A stretch of 24,000 nucleotides of DNA, taken from positions 4,454 to 28,453 of the forward strand of contig CAYMBJ010000050.1 of NCBI GenBank assembly GCA_964388665.1, read 5' to 3'. The stretch comes from an uncultured Pseudobdellovibrionaceae bacterium. GTDB lineage: Bacteria > Bdellovibrionota > Bdellovibrionia > Bdellovibrionales > Bdellovibrionaceae. Of this stretch, positions 18,337-24,000 are shown piece by piece (the first letter of the stretch is position 1; every line of letters begins with the position of its first letter). The notes beneath the pieces were generated by a model. That model worked only from the letters and a program-made list of their open reading frames with translations, had not been told where the DNA came from and searched no databases. Position numbers and translations under genes: made by a program.

Positions 18337-18531
18337 GCTCCTGAAATAAAACACGAATTGCGATTTGACTGAACAAAAAAAGCGCCCATCACGAAAAAAG
18401 TATTATGTATCGCTACCTAGCTCAATTATGCGTCAGTTTCGATATCAATTGGGTATCAAAGCGCCATCGCCACTCGGCTGGACCTAAATAGGACCTCAAA
18501 TGGTGCCCAGTTCCTGCCGATAAGAACTCTG

Positions 18532-19311
18532 ATGAAAAATTGCACCCTTGTTTCACGATTGATGATTGAGGTTTTGCGAGGCTCTGCCAAGGCGCTTGTG
18601 GCATCTCTGCTTTGCTTTTCGCTATGTCTGTTCATTCCCAAAGTGTCTTTGGCGCAAATGGACCCGGACGAGGCCTATGACCCCTTTGCTGACTATAGCG
18701 AATTTGACGAAGCTTCCGACGAAGAGGCCGACATCTACTTTTTTAAGAATGGCCGCTTTTTAACGGCTGGCTTTGTCATTGGTCCACGCATTTTCACCGA
18801 AAACATGACCTCCATATACGGCTCGGGCGCCACCTACGGACTTTACTTGAGTTACTTTTTTGATTTGCGCTCAGCTCTTATGTTTGGTTTTCTCACTGGC
18901 GATCACTCTGTGGATTTGCGCACCCTTCCTTCTGGTTCCTATGCCGGCAATGTTTCACTCACGGCACTCAACTTGGATTATAAGCACTACTTCAACACCC
19001 AAAACATCACCCGGGGGCTTGCCGACCTGAATCCGTATTTGTTGTTGGGCTTTTCACAGTGGTCGCGGGCTTACACCCTAGATGGCATTGACAACGGTAC
19101 AGACACAGACTCCACCGTGGGTGTGGATTTTGGCGCCGGCCTCGAGATTCCGATGATGCGCAAAAAAGGCTATCTGGGCATCCAAGCGGTCTATCATTTG
19201 GTGAATTTCAACGACGAAAACAAGGGCTTTATCCTTACAGATCAAAAATTAGAAAAGACCATCAGTGGTGACATCATAGATTTGGTATTTATTCTCGGTC
19301 TGAATTTCTAG
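18532..19311 (+). CDS. Secreted outer-membrane beta-barrel-like protein
   Basis: Signal peptide KALVASLLCFSLCLFIPKVSLA|QMD, acidic N-terminal segment, alternating aromatic/hydrophobic beta-strand patterns, C-terminal ILGLNF ending in Phe. Confidence 0.75.
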   Translation: MKNCTLVSRLMIEVLRGSAKALVASLLCFSLCLFIPKVSLAQMDPDEAYDPFADYSEFDEASDEEADIYFFKNGRFLTAGFVIGPRIFTENMTSIYGSGATYGLYLSYFFDLRSALMFGFLTGDHSVDLRTLPSGSYAGNVSLTALNLDYKHYFNTQNITRGLADLNPYLLLGFSQWSRAYTLDGIDNGTDTDSTVGVDFGAGLEIPMMRKKGYLGIQAVYHLVNFNDENKGFILTDQKLEKTISGDIIDLVFILGLNF

Positions 19312-19431
19312 AAACTTATAGACGCTCACAATCACGATGCTGTCGATGCGTGGCTCAACGCCTTAAGATTCATAGCTCTTGGATTTCGCCCCAGGTAGAG
19401 GGGAAACCCGTACAAGCGAAACAAAGTTCTC

Positions 19432-20796
19432 TTAAAAAACAAATCCAGCTTTGAACATAGTACTTTTCACTTCCAGATAAGAGTTATCAGTAACTTCTAT
19501 ATCATCCGATTCAACAACATCTTTTTGAATTGAGTGGCGGGTGATGTAGTGAGCAAGTTCCAAATTGAATTTCTGTTTAATGGTCACTCCCGCACCAAGC
19601 TGCAGACCAACTCCGGCACCAATCACCTTTTGTGATTGGTCAAGGTACTGAATATTGGGTCCACTCAAAAAATAGACTGCGTTCTGATTGCCAACATCCA
19701 GAGAAAAAGTTCCATTGCCCTCGCCTCTAAATAAAGTGTAGTCGGAAGTGTCTTTGTCGCGATTCGATTCCTTTGCGATGCTAAGGCCAGCTTGCCAGCC
19801 AAAGCCCTGCATGGGTACTCTTTCATACTGAGCATTGAGTGCTGTGTATTCCGGCGACCTATCTGATGAGCCCTTAATGGTTTGCAAGTTGCCAGTTGAC
19901 TTCCACTTCACGGTGACACTTAAATCCGTCTCTGCTTTGAAAAAACCGAGACCGATCGAAACACCTTTTTTTGCAAATGCACGAACGACATTGCGCGAGC
20001 TAGAAGATGAACTCCCGCCATCTTGAGCGGCATTTTGGAAATCAATACTTTTGATTCTTGCTTCCAATAGGTGCAGTAGATCCTCTCTTGTCATCTTTTT
20101 ATTTGCTGGCCATCTTTTGCCTTCACGCATTTTTGCTTCAAGATAGGCCAATTTGACCGGAATATTTTGGCCCAGATACCAGAGGAGATCATAAAAATCC
20201 CGCCCCTTAATTCGCTGCTTCCATTTGCGAAACAAGATTATATGCATTTTGCCGCTAAACAGATAAGAGGGTTTTAAAACTCTTATGGATGCTGTGATTG
20301 GTGGAAATAAAACTTTAACTTCTGTTTCAAATCCAAGCGGCGGCGTTATATCGACTTCAAATTTAATGCTCAGCTCTTTATTGTTTTGAATCTTTTCTGC
20401 AAACTTTTGTCCTGCCTCAATTCGCAAAAAATGCATTTTTGTATTTGCCTTTAGGAATGCGGATTCAACGTTAGTGGACTTGATTTTGTCGACCTCTTCG
20501 ATATCAACTTCGAGCCCAAATGATTCCAATGTGTTGGCAACGGCGCTAAAATATGTTTTCAAAGAGAAATCAGACTGTTTCGCCAGGAGTGTAAAGTCCA
20601 AATCTTCTGAAAATCTAGGGAGTCCATAGAAAATTCTTAAAGCCGTGCCGCCATAAAAGGCGGCTTTATCAAAAAACTTTCCGCGGGCTAGCCCCGCTAA
20701 CGTGATTTCTTGGATAATCTCTTTGAGTGCATTTTCGATTTCCAGAGGAGTCTTTGGTTGATATTTCGCGAGCAAGGAATCTATGGCTCCACTCAA
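19432..20796 (-). CDS. Chimeric protein: N-terminal AbiEii/AbiGii-type nucleotidyltransferase toxin domain fused to a C-terminal outer-membrane beta-barrel domain
   Basis: N-terminal part: FFDKAAFYGGTALRIFYGLPRFSEDLDFTLL, LFSGKMHIILFRKWKQRIKGRDFYDLLWYLG. C-terminal part after a GGSSSSSSR linker: strand-like alternating segments ending VKSTMFKAGFVF. Likely TTG start at 20796 (SD-like AAAGGAAGA, TTGA overlap with the antitoxin stop); the track ORF begins at 20826. Confidence 0.75.
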   Translation of the reverse strand: MSGAIDSLLAKYQPKTPLEIENALKEIIQEITLAGLARGKFFDKAAFYGGTALRIFYGLPRFSEDLDFTLLAKQSDFSLKTYFSAVANTLESFGLEVDIEEVDKIKSTNVESAFLKANTKMHFLRIEAGQKFAEKIQNNKELSIKFEVDITPPLGFETEVKVLFPPITASIRVLKPSYLFSGKMHIILFRKWKQRIKGRDFYDLLWYLGQNIPVKLAYLEAKMREGKRWPANKKMTREDLLHLLEARIKSIDFQNAAQDGGSSSSSSRNVVRAFAKKGVSIGLGFFKAETDLSVTVKWKSTGNLQTIKGSSDRSPEYTALNAQYERVPMQGFGWQAGLSIAKESNRDKDTSDYTLFRGEGNGTFSLDVGNQNAVYFLSGPNIQYLDQSQKVIGAGVGLQLGAGVTIKQKFNLELAHYITRHSIQKDVVESDDIEVTDNSYLEVKSTMFKAGFVF

Positions 20797-21467
20797 GTTG
20801 ATTCTTCCTTTCGGTTGATGATCCATTTAAGTATGCGATGTTCTTTTGAGTTCCGGTGATAGGAGGGACGAATCTCTTCTAAGTCTTTTACACTAATCAG
20901 ATCAAAAAATTGCGTCATCTCAAGACGGAGATCGTCTTCTAAAAACTCATGAATGTCCTTTTCGCTCTTGATGACCAAACTCTTGGTTTTGAGATTGATA
21001 TAATCAAGGAGCGCTTTTTCGGGTCTGGCGATAAAAAAACTGTCTCCGGCCTCATTGGTGCGAGAGAGGTACCCAATGGGATACCTGTTTTTGTTGATGT
21101 GACTGTATGAAAATGGCGCAAGCGGAGTTGTGAAAGTTTTCGAGCGCAATGTTGTCACAGAGGTCACTGTGGTGACTCGATCCATGATGAGTCCGTAATA
21201 TTGAAGAGCCCACTCCATCGAGACATAAGAGGGAAAATACAATGAGTTTGCAATCACATCATAGGGAGTGCTTTTCAGAAAGCTAGATTTTAGATTGAAG
21301 TATTGACCTCTCTTGATTGGCTGCAAATAGCCCTTGGCCTTAAGATCAAATATCTTTTTCTTTGGACTCTTGTAAGCGGATTGAGTCACATTGAAACCGC
21401 CACTGAGAAAGATGGCAACCAAAGGCTTCTTTCTTACTCTACATAATTGTAAATGGAAATCTTGCAA
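20793..21467 (-). CDS. AbiEi-like antitoxin / transcriptional regulator (type IV toxin-antitoxin)
   Basis: Winged-helix-like N-terminus with KKKIFDLKAKGYLQPIKRGQYFNL, then YDVIANSLYFPSYVSMEWALQYYGLI...TVTSVTTLRSKTF...YSHINKNRYPIGY...FFIARPEKALLDYINL, a typical AbiEi pattern. Directly upstream of and overlapping the AbiEii-like gene. Start uncertain. Confidence 0.82.
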   Translation of the reverse strand: MQDFHLQLCRVRKKPLVAIFLSGGFNVTQSAYKSPKKKIFDLKAKGYLQPIKRGQYFNLKSSFLKSTPYDVIANSLYFPSYVSMEWALQYYGLIMDRVTTVTSVTTLRSKTFTTPLAPFSYSHINKNRYPIGYLSRTNEAGDSFFIARPEKALLDYINLKTKSLVIKSEKDIHEFLEDDLRLEMTQFFDLISVKDLEEIRPSYHRNSKEHRILKWIINRKEEST

Positions 21468-23326
21468 CGACAGACACGAGCGAAGGATGCTATCTCTTCA
21501 CTACTTACAGGCGCCTTTCTCAGGCGCAAAGTCGCCCTCCCATCTCCATATTTGTCAGCAAAAGTCTCGCCGAGCCTTTCGCATGCACTGCAAATTGGCA
21601 TCAGATCAGACAAATCAAATCGACTCATGGGATTTCCCCGCAGATCAAGATCAAATTTCTTCCGGGAAACAATTTTTTCTGCCACTTCAGAGCTCAAATA
21701 GGGAATCTCTTCAATCAGATTGTCAGTCACATTCACTTTTTCACTTCCTATAAAGGCCAACTCCGCAAACTCTTCTGCGGAAAGCTCGGATATTCTGTTA
21801 TTGGCGAGATTCACAAAAAGCTCTTGCAAACGTACTGCCACCAAGTCCTGAATGCTCAATCGAGAGATCTGATTTTGGTCCAAATACAGATGCTTTAGAT
21901 TCGGCGCCAAAGCCAAACTGGGAAACTCCGAAATCTGATTTTGCCCAAGATCCAACAAAGACAATGAATTGAGCAGAGAAGGACTTAGTGCGCCGTGAAT
22001 CTGGTTGTTTCTTAAACCGATTGCTTCCAAATTAGGAGTCTTGTCAAAAAACTCTGGAAAGATATCGAGTCTATTCTCATTTGCCACAAACAGTCTCAAA
22101 AACTCCAAGACCTTACTCCCAGTGAATTTGATTTCTGTCAGGGCATTCCCAGCCACATCAAAAGCGCGAAGGTTGGGAGTTTGGTCAAACAGATCTCCCT
22201 GAAGACTCGCAATTCGATTGAAGGAAAAATCCAAATATTCCAGGCGCAGGAGCCCATAAAGGCTGTCTTTAAAAATATGATCAATGCGATTTCCAGAAAA
22301 GGTCATGACTGTGCGAGACTCAAAGGCCGTAAGATCCCCAGGGAGAAGCGTCGTAAGTCCAGCATTGACAAATGGACCTTCAATTTGACGGGCAGACTCA
22401 AGGTAGTGCTCAAGATAAAACCTCTCTATATCCTTCCAACTTGACGAAAAAAAGCCACTAAGAATGCTGCCCCTGGTCTCAAGTCTCCCGCCCTGCATGC
22501 CGGCCGCAAGATCACCCTCTGTCAGCAATTCACAGGGGGCCTTTAGCGCCAATACAATGGACTCTTGAATTCCAGGAGTTCGCTGACAGACAGGTACGAA
22601 CTTTCGCGGATGCAAACTGAGTCCCAAATTCTTGAGTGAGTTCTGAAAATCCACCTTGGATAGGGTCTCTGCTTGTGCCGAATGGAGAAAGCGATTGATC
22701 CGTCGCAAGGCCTCGGGGTCTTCGACAAAATCCCAAAGCCATTCATGGACAATCAAAAATGAGTATTGCAATGGCCTATAACGCAGTTGCCTCAACACTT
22801 CAGGATCGTAATTGTAGATGGTCGCGGACTCATTTTTTTGGCGAATGACCGCCTGAAGGACCTCAAGATGATTCTTTTCAGCTCCCTTTTTGTAACAATT
22901 GGGCGGCAGTTTTCGAATGGCCTGCTCATCTTCGAGGTCTACGAGCCCATAAATGGCCTCAAGCCAAAGGCGTTCCTGCAAATAAATCTGCTCAGGTGGA
23001 ACTGCATCTTCTCCTGGAATTCTGGCCAAAAAGTCCCTAAAAAAGCGCTCAAGATCAGGATATTTTTGCTCAAAGAGCCCCAAAAGACGCTCCCTTTGGT
23101 CCCCCCAGGTGGCCAACTCTTGAAGATCTGAGTTATCTTCTCGAAGGGTCATTAGGTAATCAAAGGAGTAGTACCCCGCATAGCTAGAATTGTCCGAGAC
23201 TTCGCAGCGCACGGCATCTCCACCATTCCCAACGGTGACTCCCGCAATTGCTGACTTACAGTGCAGCACAGACAAAAATAGCAGCGTCCAAATTTTAAAA
23301 ATCCCAATCTGATTCGATATTTTCAT
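21434..23326 (-). CDS. Secreted leucine-rich-repeat protein with GNGGD-type mature N-terminus
   Basis: Signal peptide from ATG 23326 (MKISNQIGIFKIWTLLFLSVLHCKSAIAG|VTVGNGGDAVRC). Multiple LRRs: LEYLDFSFNRIASLQGDLFDQTPNLRAFDVAGNALTEI, LEAIGLRNNQIHGALSPSLLNSLSLLDLGQNQISEFPSLALAPNLKHLYLDQNQISRL. Confidence 0.82.
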   Translation of the reverse strand: MKISNQIGIFKIWTLLFLSVLHCKSAIAGVTVGNGGDAVRCEVSDNSSYAGYYSFDYLMTLREDNSDLQELATWGDQRERLLGLFEQKYPDLERFFRDFLARIPGEDAVPPEQIYLQERLWLEAIYGLVDLEDEQAIRKLPPNCYKKGAEKNHLEVLQAVIRQKNESATIYNYDPEVLRQLRYRPLQYSFLIVHEWLWDFVEDPEALRRINRFLHSAQAETLSKVDFQNSLKNLGLSLHPRKFVPVCQRTPGIQESIVLALKAPCELLTEGDLAAGMQGGRLETRGSILSGFFSSSWKDIERFYLEHYLESARQIEGPFVNAGLTTLLPGDLTAFESRTVMTFSGNRIDHIFKDSLYGLLRLEYLDFSFNRIASLQGDLFDQTPNLRAFDVAGNALTEIKFTGSKVLEFLRLFVANENRLDIFPEFFDKTPNLEAIGLRNNQIHGALSPSLLNSLSLLDLGQNQISEFPSLALAPNLKHLYLDQNQISRLSIQDLVAVRLQELFVNLANNRISELSAEEFAELAFIGSEKVNVTDNLIEEIPYLSSEVAEKIVSRKKFDLDLRGNPMSRFDLSDLMPICSACERLGETFADKYGDGRATLRLRKAPVSSEEIASFARVCRCKISIYNYVE

Positions 23327-23463
23327 GATTTTAACAGAAACCCTTTTCTCCCATGCAAGACGACATGGAGAGCATCGAATAGGCTCCCGCTGCGGCTCTG
23401 TCAAGTTGGCAGATTTTCGTGATTATTTTCTGTTTTCTATGAGCGAACAGAGATAGATCCTGA

Positions 23464-24000
23464 TTAGCCTGCCCTTTGGTTTTCGCTCTTGCGGGAGGCG
23501 GCGATGTCATCAAGATGCTCTTTGAAGCTTGGATAGGCGCGCGTCACCTGCTCAAATTTCTTTTTTGGCAGGCGGTACAAATCACAGTATGTAATGGCAA
23601 CTGCCGTCGCGTTTCGATCTTGGTCAGTGATCAGAGCCATCTCGCCAAAAAAAGACCCTTCGCCGAGAGTGACAATGGTTTGTCCGTCACGCGCAACAAT
23701 TGCAACCTCGCCGCTGTGGACAAAGTACATGGCATCGCCCTGATCATCGATGCGAAAGATCTTTTCTGTGGGTACAAAGATCTTCGGCTCAAGTTCATGC
23801 ATAATGTCTTCGAGCAATTCCTCACTGGCACCACAAAGCAGAGGTACTTTTTGGATGATCTTTCTGTTTAAAAAGAGAAAAATTTCAGACTGCATTTTGT
23901 TGGGCAGCTCGCGAATGATCGTGCGCTGATTGTAGCCTTTTGAATTTGTGTCCGATTTCACCGATCTGACCACCCCGGTTTCACCACATTTGACCACCCA
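23464..24000 (-). CDS. Cyclic-nucleotide-binding-domain protein, truncated by the window edge; C-linker-like N-terminal segment suggests a possible CNG/HCN-like channel C-terminus
   Basis: TIIRELPNKMQSEIFLFLNRKIIQKVPLLCGA followed by MYFVHSGEVAIVARDGQTIVTLGEGSFFGEMALITDQDRNATAVAITYCDLYRLPKKKFEQV. The frame is open to position 24000. Confidence 0.8.
   Translation of the reverse strand, partial: WVVKCGETGVVRSVKSDTNSKGYNQRTIIRELPNKMQSEIFLFLNRKIIQKVPLLCGASEELLEDIMHELEPKIFVPTEKIFRIDDQGDAMYFVHSGEVAIVARDGQTIVTLGEGSFFGEMALITDQDRNATAVAITYCDLYRLPKKKFEQVTRAYPSFKEHLDDIAASRKSENQRAG

Noticed and set aside
18365-18406. TTGACT ... TATTAT as a sigma70 promoter for the 18532 barrel gene
   Set aside because: The spacer is about 30 nt, far from the usual 17 nt, so this is not a convincing promoter.
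18405-18531. Short ORFs between purM and the barrel gene as a leader peptide or attenuator
   Set aside because: Only about 20-27 codons, no clear SD and no paired hairpins seen; not supportable.
20002-20019. Serine-run (GGSSSSSS) as a slippage/frameshift artefact creating the AbiEii-barrel fusion
   Set aside because: The serine codons are mixed (agt tca tct tct agc tcg), not a homopolymer, and the alternative frames here do not continue the AbiEii sequence. A sequencing slip is unlikely, though reads should still be checked.
1-24000. CRISPR array, tRNA/rRNA genes, transposase or integrase
   Set aside because: No regularly spaced direct repeats, tRNA-like cloverleaf, rRNA segments or DDE/tyrosine recombinase motifs were seen when reading the window and ORF track.

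Overview
This window looks like chromosomal DNA from a Bdellovibrio-like (Bdellovibrionota-type) Gram-negative bacterium; the taxon is inferred from protein style only. Left part (minus strand): an apparent murein-peptide recycling operon in transcription order LD-carboxypeptidase -> beta-lactamase-fold serine hydrolase -> mpl -> SpoIIAA-like tandem-domain protein -> secreted hypothetical. Next (plus strand): two adjacent secreted paralogs of unknown function, separated by a near-perfect hairpin, with motifs that could be a divergent kinase-like fold; one copy looks catalytically degenerate. Centre (minus strand): a compact purine operon purM-purN-[446-aa unknown]-purB-purC-purS-purQ-purL-purF, with most junctions overlapping. 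Right part: a secreted outer-membrane beta-barrel (plus); a minus-strand AbiEi/AbiEii-like toxin-antitoxin module whose nucleotidyltransferase toxin is fused in frame to an outer-membrane beta-barrel; a secreted leucine-rich-repeat protein; and a window-truncated cyclic-nucleotide-binding protein. The strongest candidates for something undescribed are the AbiEii::beta-barrel chimera and the tandem kinase-like secreted pair. No tRNA, rRNA, CRISPR array or transposase was recognised. All family calls were made by eye from the sequence, with no database search.
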